A stretch of 64,000 nucleotides of DNA, taken from IMG/VR virus record IMGVR_UViG_3300013104_000001, positions 124,001 through 188,000 of that record; one strand, written 5' to 3'. This document shows, one piece after another, positions 29,894 through 39,178 of this stretch; the first letter of the stretch is position 1, and every line of letters starts with the position of its first letter. The notes beneath the pieces are model-generated. The model made no database searches. It was not told where the DNA came from and saw only the letters and a list, made by a program, of their open reading frames with translations. Made by a program: the position numbers and the translations under genes.

Positions 29894-30610
29894 ATGATGA
29901 ACAAAGACATTTTAGAAGTCCAGAAGATGCTAATCGGTGGAGGCTTCAATGTCGGGAAGGCTGGAGCAGATGGTCTGTATGGACCGTCTACCCGCGAAGC
30001 CCTTCGTCAATGTATTGCCAAAGCAACAACCGGTGGGGCAGCAAGCCCCACCACTCCTATCATCACTTCAGGTGACGGGTATGACTTAGCCTGGAGTGCG
30101 AAAGTCACTCCAGAGTTCTGTCGTAAGGTTGAGCATATGGCGCAAGCATTGCTGATGCCCGATGACGGTGCGAATAACTTCATGGCCTGCATGGCTTTTG
30201 AATCTGCTGAGACCTTCAGCCCTAGCATCCAAAACCAGGGTGGTGCGCCTTATTATGGCTTGATCCAATTTGGCGATGCGGCTGCTATCGATTTGAAAAC
30301 CACAACTGATGCTCTGCGTAAAATGACAGCGTTTGATCAGCTGGACTACGTGTATGAATTCTTCCGTCCCTATGCCGGTAAGTTGAAGTCACTAAGCGAC
30401 ATCTATATGCGCATTCTGTGGCCGAGAGCAGTTGGCCAGCCAGAGTCGTATGAACTGTGGAACAAAGCAACACGCCCAACAACCTATTTACAAAACCGCG
30501 GTTTGGACATCAATAAAGATGGTTCGATAACCAAAGCCGAGGCTGCGCAAATGGTACAGGCAAAATTGACCCGTGGCATGCAACCACAATTCCGTCGTAA
30601 GTTAACATAA
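29894..30610 (+). CDS. modular endolysin: PG-binding domain plus lysozyme-like/SLT catalytic domain
   Basis: VQKML...GADGLYGPSTREAL (PG_binding_1); MACMAFES, GLIQF; EF-hand-like DINKDGSITKAE. Confidence 0.85.
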   Translation: MMNKDILEVQKMLIGGGFNVGKAGADGLYGPSTREALRQCIAKATTGGAASPTTPIITSGDGYDLAWSAKVTPEFCRKVEHMAQALLMPDDGANNFMACMAFESAETFSPSIQNQGGAPYYGLIQFGDAAAIDLKTTTDALRKMTAFDQLDYVYEFFRPYAGKLKSLSDIYMRILWPRAVGQPESYELWNKATRPTTYLQNRGLDINKDGSITKAEAAQMVQAKLTRGMQPQFRRKLT

Positions 30611-30634
30611 GTTTTTATAAGTAAGGAGAGGTGT

Positions 30635-30835
30635 ATGTCACAGACAGCACTGTATGATAACGCGAACGTTATTGCGAACATCATCAGCGTAGCCGCGGCC
30701 GTTCACAAGAACGTTGCGGGAAATGAATTTGCAGCTTTATCCACGCCGAAAGACCCGGATGCGGTAAACTATCTGCTTGCGGCTAAACTGCAGGCGCGTA
30801 TGGCTGCCATGATTGCGAATGGAGTCAATAAATGA
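30635..30835 (+). CDS. small conserved protein
   Basis: GGAGAGG RBS; ATGA overlap with the next gene. Confidence 0.7.
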   Translation: MSQTALYDNANVIANIISVAAAVHKNVAGNEFAALSTPKDPDAVNYLLAAKLQARMAAMIANGVNK

Positions 30836-32370
30836 TCAGACCATCTGAAGCAGCTGCCGGTACTGATTTAGCGCGACTGCTGACCAGTGCCGGGGTTAAC
30901 CTGGTTTCTGTCAATGGCGGCCCGCTTGATGCACTGCGCATGGCAACCGATATCGTCACCCCGGTTGTCGATGACAATATCGAAAGCACACTGGTTAACC
31001 GCACTAAGTCTGTATCGCTGGGCGGTAATAATGAAGACGGTTCTCCACGTGAGATTCCATCTGAACACGGTTGGGCGAAACAACGTTTAGTCGAAGCACT
31101 GACTGCCGGCGTACAGCAGATCTCTGCTGCGGCGAAGAACGTCGTAATCCCGACGATCAAACTGCTGCATGACCGTGTCGACCAGTATGTCGATGCTAAG
31201 TCAGACCCTGCCAGTTCAATGCCGGACATCAACGTTTACGTTTATGATAAGGTCTGGGATTCACAGGTGGTTGATGGAGTTGTTACTCATTACGCACAGG
31301 TTGGTCTGGTTGGCATGCCGACCGTTGAACTGCCAGCGCTTACTGATGAACAGCTCGCTGAACTGACGCAAACCGGTTCTTCTGAGTTCGCTGATTTCGT
31401 TGGTAAGCAGCTGGGTAAGAATCCTAATCTGGCACGTGCTATTTACCAGATTTGGTTCCAGGGCGCACTGACTTCAAGTCAGGATGAGTTTGTTTATCTG
31501 AGCCGTGTGCTGCAGACGAACAACACTGATCGCAACATCCAGGTGTTTGGTAATGACGCGCTGGATACTCGTCGCGTATACGAGCCGCTGGTGATGGCTT
31601 ACCTGATGGCCGATAACCTGTATAACAACCCAATCACTAACAGTGGTTTGTCAGGCGACCGTTATGCCATGGTTATGTCTGCTTTCCGCGCACACTTCGC
31701 TAAAGTCATTGAGCGCATCTATCGTACACGCATGGGTAACCTTGATCGTAAGATCTTGATCATCAGCATGCCTGTAGCAGATGGCTGGCGTTTAAATGGC
31801 TTGTCAAGCGAAACCCTGCTGCTGAACGGCGATGTTTATCAGTGGTATCTGCAAGGCGGCGGTTCGGTCGAAGGTATCCTGGGTAACGTGCATGGCGAAC
31901 GTTCTGTCAATGCGCGTACTATCCTCGATGCGAAAGATCGTAACGAAGCGGAATACGAGCGTGTTAGTTCGTTAGCCAAATCTCTCGCGATCACCAACAA
32001 GCACACGCTGACCATTCAGGGTATCATGAACGCGGTGGACAACCACATCGTTAATGAGATCTCTGATGCACGCTGGAAGGAGATCTACGAGAAGTACAGC
32101 TACGAGCAGAACAAGAACGATGCCATCACGGATATTCGTTACTATATCTCCACGCTGCAATCCGTACCAACCTACCAGGCAGTTGACGACGTGCTGACCT
32201 ATATCGTGACTAACATGATCTACGGTCCGCTGAACGTCTCTTCCTTCTTGAATGCCATGGCCAACTACCCGGACCAGACTCTGAGCCCGCGTGAAATCGC
32301 ATCGCATGTTGAGATGGATATCGTGATCGACAACTTGCTGCAGATGACCTACTACACCGGCGTTCGCTAA
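30832..32370 (+). CDS. virion head-associated protein (phiKZ gp177/SPN3US gp243-like)
   Basis: Size and position between vRNAP beta and the protease; YLQGGGSVEGILG motif. Confidence 0.6.
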   Translation: MIRPSEAAAGTDLARLLTSAGVNLVSVNGGPLDALRMATDIVTPVVDDNIESTLVNRTKSVSLGGNNEDGSPREIPSEHGWAKQRLVEALTAGVQQISAAAKNVVIPTIKLLHDRVDQYVDAKSDPASSMPDINVYVYDKVWDSQVVDGVVTHYAQVGLVGMPTVELPALTDEQLAELTQTGSSEFADFVGKQLGKNPNLARAIYQIWFQGALTSSQDEFVYLSRVLQTNNTDRNIQVFGNDALDTRRVYEPLVMAYLMADNLYNNPITNSGLSGDRYAMVMSAFRAHFAKVIERIYRTRMGNLDRKILIISMPVADGWRLNGLSSETLLLNGDVYQWYLQGGGSVEGILGNVHGERSVNARTILDAKDRNEAEYERVSSLAKSLAITNKHTLTIQGIMNAVDNHIVNEISDARWKEIYEKYSYEQNKNDAITDIRYYISTLQSVPTYQAVDDVLTYIVTNMIYGPLNVSSFLNAMANYPDQTLSPREIASHVEMDIVIDNLLQMTYYTGVR

Positions 32371-32387
32371 CCTAACAGGATGGAAAC

Positions 32388-33113
32388 ATGGACCTGTCTA
32401 CATTAACACGCAACAAAGACAAGGTCCGTGCCAACCTTGTGGAGTTAGACGATAACTCGGTGGTAGCAAGAGAGGGGTGTAAGATTTACATCCCTGGTCG
32501 TTACGTCAACAAAGGGTTGGCAGGGATCGGTGACTCGATCTGGACCGTGGGTATCTACACCATGGTGACGGACTCTGGTTACTATTGCGCTGCGCTTGGC
32601 CCTGCATTAATCGCGCTGGAACCAACTGATATCCGCCAGGTAAAACTGGATGGTAACCCGTACTATGAATTCTCATTTGCGCCGGGTGCGACAGTTATTA
32701 AGTCAACAGTTGTCGGTAAGAACGATCGTATTATCGGACCGCTCTTTAATGAGTTCATTATTAATGGTAATGTGAACTACGGGTTTAACTTGCTCGATCT
32801 GATTAAGCTGTTCAAGCTTTCACAGAAGTACTGTGGTTTCACCATGGGTACGAACAACCAGATCTTCGAAGCGATTATCAACATCATCGCTCGTGACAGC
32901 AAAGATCTCAACAAGCTGTATCGCTACACAGTGACATCGCTTGAAGATATCTACACTAACCCGCCTACCATTATCGGTCTGCGTAATGCGGCTAAGACGT
33001 CGACGAACACCGTGGCGAAACTGGTGGGTAGTTATTTTGCGGATGGCTTAGTCTCTGCATTGATCAATCCATCAGATCGTGTAGAAGGCGTTGAAGAGAT
33101 TTTAAGGAAATAA
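32388..33113 (+). CDS. phiKZ gp176/SPN3US gp244-like protein, candidate fifth vRNAP subunit
   Basis: CKIYIPGRY, IARD...YR, KLVGSYFADGLVSALINPS; synteny. Confidence 0.65.
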   Translation: MDLSTLTRNKDKVRANLVELDDNSVVAREGCKIYIPGRYVNKGLAGIGDSIWTVGIYTMVTDSGYYCAALGPALIALEPTDIRQVKLDGNPYYEFSFAPGATVIKSTVVGKNDRIIGPLFNEFIINGNVNYGFNLLDLIKLFKLSQKYCGFTMGTNNQIFEAIINIIARDSKDLNKLYRYTVTSLEDIYTNPPTIIGLRNAAKTSTNTVAKLVGSYFADGLVSALINPSDRVEGVEEILRK

Positions 33114-33115
33114 TT

Positions 33116-33814
33116 GTGGATAACACTACGGCGCAAGCTATCGGTAATTTTCTTGATCTTTTTCCCAATAGCATTCGTAATAACGTGGATATCGTGGAAG
33201 CGCCGGAAGGTGGCACCATTGCTTTCCACATCAGTACTAACCCGAAGATCAAAGTATTCGAGCCTCGGGTCTCTCGCCGGACCATGAATAAAGAAGACCG
33301 TAGTGTTCCAAGAGTTTCTGCTGCTGCTACCTTAAACGGTTGTCTCTCTGGATACGCTGCGGCAATCTTTGATTGGGAGACACCTGGTCCGTGGGCTGGC
33401 GGCTGGAAGATCTATGCACTACGTTATGATCTGGCGTTAAAACCGAATAAGAAGATTCTGGCTGATGTCGAGAGCACTGAAGAGATCTGGCTCGTTGGTT
33501 ACGATAAAGAACACCGGGTTTATCCGGCTGTCCCAATGGGTGAGTTCTTTTTTACCTCGATTGCCCGTCAGTCTACTGGCGAAAAGAATCGACCGCGGAA
33601 ACTTGCGGTTACGGCATACATTCGTGTTGGCGAAGGCTACACGCTTCCTTTGAATAAGACTACGTTATTACGCTCAGGATTTTACCAACTCACGTATAAC
33701 GACTACTATCAGGCAATGGATCTTCGGAACCCGCAGGATGTTATCGTTAAACCTATTTCAGAGTCTGTGTATCAAAGCTTTAAAAAGTTAGATGCCGGAT
33801 TGCTGAGTTATTAA
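33116..33814 (+). CDS. putative ADP-ribosyltransferase-fold protein
   Basis: FHIS (H38), FEPR, ED..VPRVSAA.TL.GCL, DVESTEEIW (E123) give an ART-like strand1-His / strand2 / strand5-Glu pattern. Recognised by eye only. Confidence 0.45.
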   Translation: MDNTTAQAIGNFLDLFPNSIRNNVDIVEAPEGGTIAFHISTNPKIKVFEPRVSRRTMNKEDRSVPRVSAAATLNGCLSGYAAAIFDWETPGPWAGGWKIYALRYDLALKPNKKILADVESTEEIWLVGYDKEHRVYPAVPMGEFFFTSIARQSTGEKNRPRKLAVTAYIRVGEGYTLPLNKTTLLRSGFYQLTYNDYYQAMDLRNPQDVIVKPISESVYQSFKKLDAGLLSY

Positions 33815-33830
33815 CTTATTCGGTGAAATC

Positions 33831-34616
33831 ATGCCAGCTAATATTTCCTTTACCTGTCAGGTGCTTCGCGGTACCAACAAAGCAGGTTTGTTAAAGCCGG
33901 ATGCTAACGGGTATTATACCGTTGTACTCGGTGGATTTAATATCCGCAATGAAATGGGTAACTTCTACCCGTTCAACAAATACCTGGAAGAGATCTTTAA
34001 GAACAGCTCAACCTTCATGCGTAAGATCGAGAAGGGGCAGCTGCGCGGAGAGTGTGATCATCCGCAACCGTGGAAAGGCATGACCGAACGTGAATGGTTT
34101 AGCCGTCTGCGTAAGATCGAAACCAGTCGTGTATCACATCACATCCGTAACGTGACGCTGGACTTCAACAACTATCGTAGTCAGCATGGCGAAACCATGG
34201 TGGCGGTATTAGGTGAAGTCAAACCTGCCGGTGGTGAACTCGGTGATAAACTGCGTGCCTCATTAGAGAACCCGGATGAAGACACTGCCTTCTCTGTTCG
34301 TTCTCTGACACTGGACCAACCAATGGTTACCGGTGCATGGCGTAAAGATATCTACGAGTGCGTGACCTGGGACTGGGTAGAAGAACCTGGTGTGCGTAAT
34401 GCCACTAAGTATCATTCGCCTGGGCTAGAGTCATTCGACTCGTATGAGTTCTCTGCACAAACTGTTGGCGATATCCTGCTGTCTGGTAACGCTAACGTGG
34501 GTTATGGTTTAGAAGCTGACGCAACTGACCCACAACCACTGCGTGACCTGATGAAAGATTATCAGGCTGAAGCAGGTAGTAAGATCCTCACTCGCAAGTC
34601 CTTTATGCGTTGGTAA
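33831..34616 (+). CDS. prohead (head maturation) serine protease (phiKZ gp175-like)
   Basis: LRGECDHP, AFSVRS, VTWDWVEEPG; C-terminal GLE motifs (PGLES, YGLEA). Confidence 0.9.
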   Translation: MPANISFTCQVLRGTNKAGLLKPDANGYYTVVLGGFNIRNEMGNFYPFNKYLEEIFKNSSTFMRKIEKGQLRGECDHPQPWKGMTEREWFSRLRKIETSRVSHHIRNVTLDFNNYRSQHGETMVAVLGEVKPAGGELGDKLRASLENPDEDTAFSVRSLTLDQPMVTGAWRKDIYECVTWDWVEEPGVRNATKYHSPGLESFDSYEFSAQTVGDILLSGNANVGYGLEADATDPQPLRDLMKDYQAEAGSKILTRKSFMRW

Positions 34617-34620
34617 TCTA

Positions 34621-34649
34621 AGGGCAGGGGAAACCCTGCCTTTATGCCG
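34621..34649 (+). terminator. hairpin with TATGCCG tail
   Basis: AGGGCAGGG-GAAA-CCCTGCCTT-TATGCCG. Confidence 0.8.
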
Positions 34650-34652
34650 TCT

Positions 34653-34683
34653 GTAAAATCGTACCGACCTTCCTCTTAGTATG
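34653..34683 (+). promoter_or_regulatory. putative middle promoter
   Basis: GTAAAATCGTAC with TATG at 34680. Confidence 0.45.
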
Positions 34684-35262
34684 TACAAAAATCTTAACCG
34701 GGAATTCATCATGATTGACGCCCCTCATGATTTGGTCAAAGCAATCTTTGCCATGAATGACTTAGCGCTCTTTGTTGAACGCTATCAAAACGCCCACAGT
34801 CGCATTGTAACAGCTTTTAGTAATGCAGCTATGTCGTTGGATACTTCTGACAAGAAAGTTCGTGACAATGTGTTAGCGGAGCTTTTAAAGGATATCTCGG
34901 CCATCATTATCGGACAACCTGTCACCAAGCCCTGGCCTTTGGTTGATATGAACCCGTATCACATTGGTCTGGCCTATCGTCAGGAGTTCCTATCCCTTGT
35001 CATCAATGATGATATCGGCATGGAGCACATTAACCTGTTTATCAACAAAGTGTACTTTCCGGCATTGCGTCTTGATGACTTGCAAGACGTGTTAATGAAA
35101 GAAGGGAAGAATGCAGTGTGGACTGAGCGCGTAGTAAATGCGATGGCAGGTCTTTGTCACCAAGCGGCTTGTCTGCGTACGGCTGATGCGCTAGATATTC
35201 CTAAGTCGGAAGATGTAGCCCGTGAGTATGCTAACAACTGGGTGGAGCAGAAAGATGGATAA
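34681..35262 (+). CDS. hypothetical protein (gp174 position)
   Basis: Long ORF following the protease; start could be 34711. Confidence 0.7.
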   Translation: MYKNLNREFIMIDAPHDLVKAIFAMNDLALFVERYQNAHSRIVTAFSNAAMSLDTSDKKVRDNVLAELLKDISAIIIGQPVTKPWPLVDMNPYHIGLAYRQEFLSLVINDDIGMEHINLFINKVYFPALRLDDLQDVLMKEGKNAVWTERVVNAMAGLCHQAACLRTADALDIPKSEDVAREYANNWVEQKDG

Positions 35263-35455
35263 GTCATTAGCAACGCTTGTGAAAATGTTGGCAAACGATT
35301 ATGCGTGTCGTATTGAAAAAGATCGTTTCAATGGCGTGTTACCAAAGACGTTGCACATGCGTTCATTGCGCCAAGCAAGTGATGCCGTCATCGATCTGAC
35401 TAAGGTCACTTTGTCGGCTGCGTCTCTGAAAGACCTCGATTCAAAAAATTCATAA
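35255..35455 (+). CDS. hypothetical protein
   Basis: ATG at 35255 overlaps the upstream stop; GGAG RBS. Confidence 0.6.
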   Translation: MDKSLATLVKMLANDYACRIEKDRFNGVLPKTLHMRSLRQASDAVIDLTKVTLSAASLKDLDSKNS

Positions 35456-35458
35456 ACC

Positions 35459-35473
35459 TATATTACCAATGTG
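35459..35473 (+). promoter_or_regulatory. early (vRNAP) promoter
   Basis: TATATTAC-CAAT-GTG with AT-rich upstream; exact phiKZ early consensus. Confidence 0.75.
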
Positions 35474-35534
35474 CTAAGTATACTCTGTGTAATACCAGTA
35501 CATTTAACTCCAGTAACGAAAAGGAAAGAATCAC

Positions 35535-35978
35535 ATGAGCAAGACTACCGATGTAAACGCAACTACCCGCGCTTTGGCTGACTCTCTGAAATCAGCGATG
35601 ACCAAAGGCACTAACGGCGGTTACACTGCAGCAGAAGGCTGGTACGGCGAGAACCTGCCAGAAGGTCTGACTGTGGAACAGCGTCAACGTTTCGACGAGC
35701 ATGACAGCTCCGTTACCGCAGCAACGGTACTGGCACTCGGCGAACTGGCAATCCCGGATATGAAAGAAAACGCGGATATCACTGAAGCGACTGTTTCTAT
35801 CAATCTGGGTGCAAACCGCATTAACGCCTCTGTACTTCGCGACTACACCAACGGCAAAGAAGCCTATCATGGCCATGCAATTGCAAGCTATGAAGTGAAC
35901 AGCGCTGGCGTGAACCGTGGCGAACTCGGTCTGGCAATGACTGCAGTCCGTAACCTGGCAGATGAACTGCTGGGCTAA
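35535..35978 (+). CDS. hypothetical early protein
   Basis: AAGGA RBS; directly behind the early promoter. Confidence 0.8.
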   Translation: MSKTTDVNATTRALADSLKSAMTKGTNGGYTAAEGWYGENLPEGLTVEQRQRFDEHDSSVTAATVLALGELAIPDMKENADITEATVSINLGANRINASVLRDYTNGKEAYHGHAIASYEVNSAGVNRGELGLAMTAVRNLADELLG

Positions 35979-35991
35979 GTAAAGATGTAAC

Positions 35992-36160
35992 CACGGAAAG
36001 CTTAGACAACTTTCCGTGTCAAACATATCCGGCCATAAGGCCATCCACTAATAAAGTGTGAAAGTCAACTTCACGCATTAGAAGTGCGCCCGAAAGACAT
36101 TCAAAAAATAGACAAAGTAATCAAAGGTGCGGACCGGAAAAACCGTACCTTTCTTTACTG
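35992..36160 (+). ncRNA. candidate structured RNA / leader (four hairpins)
   Basis: CACGGAAAG/CTTTCCGTG, GGCC/GGCC, CTAAT..GTGTGAA/TTCACGC..ATTAG and AAAGGTGCGG/CCGTACCTTT in a 250-nt intergenic gap. Confidence 0.35.
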
Positions 36161-36228
36161 TGTTTAATTCCAAACACGGTACTCACCCTCAGCATTCAGA
36201 AAGAATGCCAAATGAAAGGATAAAGTAC

Positions 36229-37647
36229 ATGAAACTCAATATCGATGCGAACGTAATCAAATCTCCTCTGCAAAGTGAATTTGTGATTGCTGATCGTATT
36301 CAGCTCGAAACGGATAGCCTGTCTATTATGCTTAACGCGATAGACATCAACGTCCCGATCAACAATATCAACACCGGTACGTTCAACGAGTTCCGCTATG
36401 AAGGTCGCCAGAAAGAAGGTAACTGGATGGCGTACTGGGTCGCTGTGAAAGCGAAAGACCTGATCGAACTCTATCCGCATATCCATGCGCATCTACCTGG
36501 GGCGGTACGTAACCAAACGCCTTATGATTTCCAGATGAGCATTGGTTATGGCATCGAGCCCCTCAAGGCATTTGAACGAGACCCTAATCAACCAGCATCC
36601 CGTTACATCGAAGTGAATGCCGTCGAAGCCGGTAGCGAAGAGCTTGCTGTACGTCAGGTGTTATCTGCAGTTGCCGGTCAGTTACTGACAAGCCACCGCG
36701 ATAACGCACACTTCGTAAACATGATTAGTGTGCATATTGCCGAACAGTTAATCCATTTGGGGATGACTCACTTTAAACAAGGTGATCTCAAGTTCAACGG
36801 ATTCCTGCGGACACACAACGGCCTGGTTCAAACAGAACGTATGTGGCGTCTAGGCAATCCTGGTACCGGCAAACTGTCTCTGCGCCAGACGTTGCTCACG
36901 CAACAAACTGGGCCTAATACCCGCACTACTCATTTGGTCAATGCAGATGACCATCAGGTATACGGGATTGATGGTAAGTACGAACAGCCGAACGGTTCCA
37001 TGAACGCAGGTTTTATGCCAGGTTTCAATTCATTCACGGGTGGTAACCAAGGTCATTACAACACGCCTGGCTACGCTCAGCAGTACGGCATGCCAGCAGG
37101 ACCGCTGTCATCAGATGGTCCAAACTATCAGCCGATGAACATGCCAATGCAATTCGGTATGGAACCAGGTATGAATCCGATGCAACAGCTGGCAAACAGT
37201 GCGCCAAATCAGTCCGTGACTATGCCTGGTGTTAAACCACTGATGGAACACACACCTGAAGAGTTACGCAAGTTGATGCCTTCGATGTACGGCAATGTAT
37301 CAGACAAAGTTGAAACTGCGCCAGTGCCAGCTATCAACAATCGCACTCTGACTGAAAGTGATCTGGGGCCACGTAACGAAGACACGCCAATCGTCGGTAA
37401 GGTGGTAAGCATCGAAGTAGCTCCGGTGCTGATTACCGAAGACACTGCATCAGTGGTTACCGATGGTAGTCACAATGCATACGGCGTATATCGTCGCGAG
37501 AAACAAGATGATACGACCCTTGCAGTACATATCGGTGATTTCCTTAGCGCCGATCTGGCTGTGAAGTATGCTATCAAAATGGGTAAGTTCTTTAACGTGT
37601 ATGTTGACGACTACGTTAGCGCTCCTCCTGTAGAAGCTAACGAGTAA
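36229..37647 (+). CDS. hypothetical protein with central G/M/P/Q/N low-complexity region
   Basis: ATG at 36229 after AAGGA; ends before tandem terminators. Confidence 0.75.
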   Translation: MKLNIDANVIKSPLQSEFVIADRIQLETDSLSIMLNAIDINVPINNINTGTFNEFRYEGRQKEGNWMAYWVAVKAKDLIELYPHIHAHLPGAVRNQTPYDFQMSIGYGIEPLKAFERDPNQPASRYIEVNAVEAGSEELAVRQVLSAVAGQLLTSHRDNAHFVNMISVHIAEQLIHLGMTHFKQGDLKFNGFLRTHNGLVQTERMWRLGNPGTGKLSLRQTLLTQQTGPNTRTTHLVNADDHQVYGIDGKYEQPNGSMNAGFMPGFNSFTGGNQGHYNTPGYAQQYGMPAGPLSSDGPNYQPMNMPMQFGMEPGMNPMQQLANSAPNQSVTMPGVKPLMEHTPEELRKLMPSMYGNVSDKVETAPVPAINNRTLTESDLGPRNEDTPIVGKVVSIEVAPVLITEDTASVVTDGSHNAYGVYRREKQDDTTLAVHIGDFLSADLAVKYAIKMGKFFNVYVDDYVSAPPVEANE

Positions 37648-37668
37648 TTAGTTTCCTGACAATAATAA

Positions 37669-37736
37669 GGGGGTCGGCATGACTGACCCCCAGTTTTAAC
37701 ATTCGCCATGAAGGGGCCTGGAGCCCCTTTTTTTTT
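37669..37736 (+). terminator. tandem hairpins, second with canonical U-tract
   Basis: GGGGGTCGG-CATGA-CTGACCCCC and AAGGGGC-CTGGA-GCCCCTT-T7. Confidence 0.75.
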
Positions 37737-37841
37737 ACCCCAATATAAAAGAGATGACAGGCGATGACCTGTTGTCCTTTACCCAACTCTTTTTTTTTAT
37801 TCAAAGATTATACACAGCTCATTTATAGTGAGGTTTCTATC

Positions 37842-38237
37842 ATGAACATTTGGACCATGCAAATCGCTAGATGGAAACTCGCTAAAGATCGCGGTATCGT
37901 ATTTATCGACACCACCATTAAGTCCGCTAAAGAGTATGCTTTCCTGGCCCCTACTTGGGATATGGTCATGGGACATAAACAAGGTAGCATCAGTGATAAC
38001 GGATACACTGAACTTTACTATGAGTTGTTAAGATCCCGTTACAAAGCGGATAAACAACCCTTTCTAAAGCTTTTGTCAGATTTTAAAGATTGTGATATTG
38101 CCATCGCTTGCTATTGCACAGCGGGACAATTCTGCCACCGTCATTTGCTTGTAAACATTTTGCAGGCAATCGCAGTTAAAGAAAAGATACCTTTCGATTA
38201 TAAAGGTGAGCTTATTTTAGGAGAGCACGTAACATGA
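37842..38237 (+). CDS. DUF488-like protein
   Basis: DTTIKS, LAPTWDMV, YTELYYELL, IACYCTAGQFCHRHLL; ATG at 37842 after GAGG. Confidence 0.7.
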   Translation: MNIWTMQIARWKLAKDRGIVFIDTTIKSAKEYAFLAPTWDMVMGHKQGSISDNGYTELYYELLRSRYKADKQPFLKLLSDFKDCDIAIACYCTAGQFCHRHLLVNILQAIAVKEKIPFDYKGELILGEHVT

Positions 38238-38632
38238 ATTCTGTACCATTGAGTTACGCCCCGGTACAAGGAGCGACTGAGGTCCCTTCCATGGAGATCC
38301 TTAACCCACCAAAAGGTGCACGAGGTGTCCGTGGTCAAATGGTACTGCGTATCTTTCATCGTGTGAATAACATGATCATTCACACTGAAGAGATGATGGT
38401 GCCGGTTTACAACATGCGCCCTTGTGATATTAACATGTTTCTTTTCATGGACCCAACTATGCAGTATGGTTCCTCGCCGTTGGCGTCAGGTGCTTATACT
38501 GTCGATGGAAAGATTTATATGGACATTGAAGTTAATTTGGAGAAGATGCCCATTTCGTCGCAAGATGTTAGTCGTTATTGTTTGGCTCTGTTTCAAAATC
38601 GTTTTCGTATTTCGCAGATGGAATCAAATTAA
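38234..38632 (+). CDS. hypothetical protein
   Basis: AGGAG RBS; ATGA overlap with the upstream gene. Confidence 0.7.
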   Translation: MNSVPLSYAPVQGATEVPSMEILNPPKGARGVRGQMVLRIFHRVNNMIIHTEEMMVPVYNMRPCDINMFLFMDPTMQYGSSPLASGAYTVDGKIYMDIEVNLEKMPISSQDVSRYCLALFQNRFRISQMESN

Positions 38633-38641
38633 TTTCAAGAC

Positions 38642-38656
38642 TATATCACTTGCGTG
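38642..38656 (+). promoter_or_regulatory. putative early promoter
   Basis: TATATCAC-TTGC-GTG. Confidence 0.6.
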
Positions 38657-38679
38657 AGCAATAATAAGATAAAAAGGTT

Positions 38680-39114
38680 TTGACTATGCGTATCCTAGCT
38701 TGGCTGAATAACCAGATTGATTGGTTCCTCGCCAACAATACAGCCCAAATCCTGTCTGCAATATTTGCGCTATTGATTATCTGCATGCTGGGTTGGGAAG
38801 CACGTACTGTTCGTCAAACCACCAAGTTCGAAAATAGCTTACGTCTACTTATTGGTAAGTATAACTTGTACGAACCGAAAGATGTCATGGCATTGAATGA
38901 ACGTGCTAACGACATGTTTGAACTCTATGTGGAAAGTTTACATGAATGCGGGATTCCTGTGTATGACAGGCAAGCAGAAATGGAACACTTTATAACGGGG
39001 TTCTTTCACGGATATGTTATTGGACGACGGGTGATAGAAAGAGTGCATCCAGATCCTAATGTAGTGAAAGTATTTGAACGGCGTTTTTACAACTATCTTG
39101 ACAACATCAGATAA
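38680..39114 (+). CDS. membrane protein, single N-terminal TM helix
   Basis: ILSAIFALLIICMLGW hydrophobic stretch. Confidence 0.7.
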   Translation: MTMRILAWLNNQIDWFLANNTAQILSAIFALLIICMLGWEARTVRQTTKFENSLRLLIGKYNLYEPKDVMALNERANDMFELYVESLHECGIPVYDRQAEMEHFITGFFHGYVIGRRVIERVHPDPNVVKVFERRFYNYLDNIR

Positions 39115-39116
39115 AC

Positions 39117-39165
39117 CGGCATAAAGGAGAGACCCCCGCGAGGGAGTCTCTCCTGTCTTATGCTG
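39117..39165. terminator. bidirectional hairpin with CGGCATA/TATGCTG flanks
   Basis: AGGAGAGAC-CCC-CGCGA-GGG-AGTCTCTCCT between convergent genes. Confidence 0.8.
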
Positions 39166-39178
39166 ATTTTTTTTTTGA

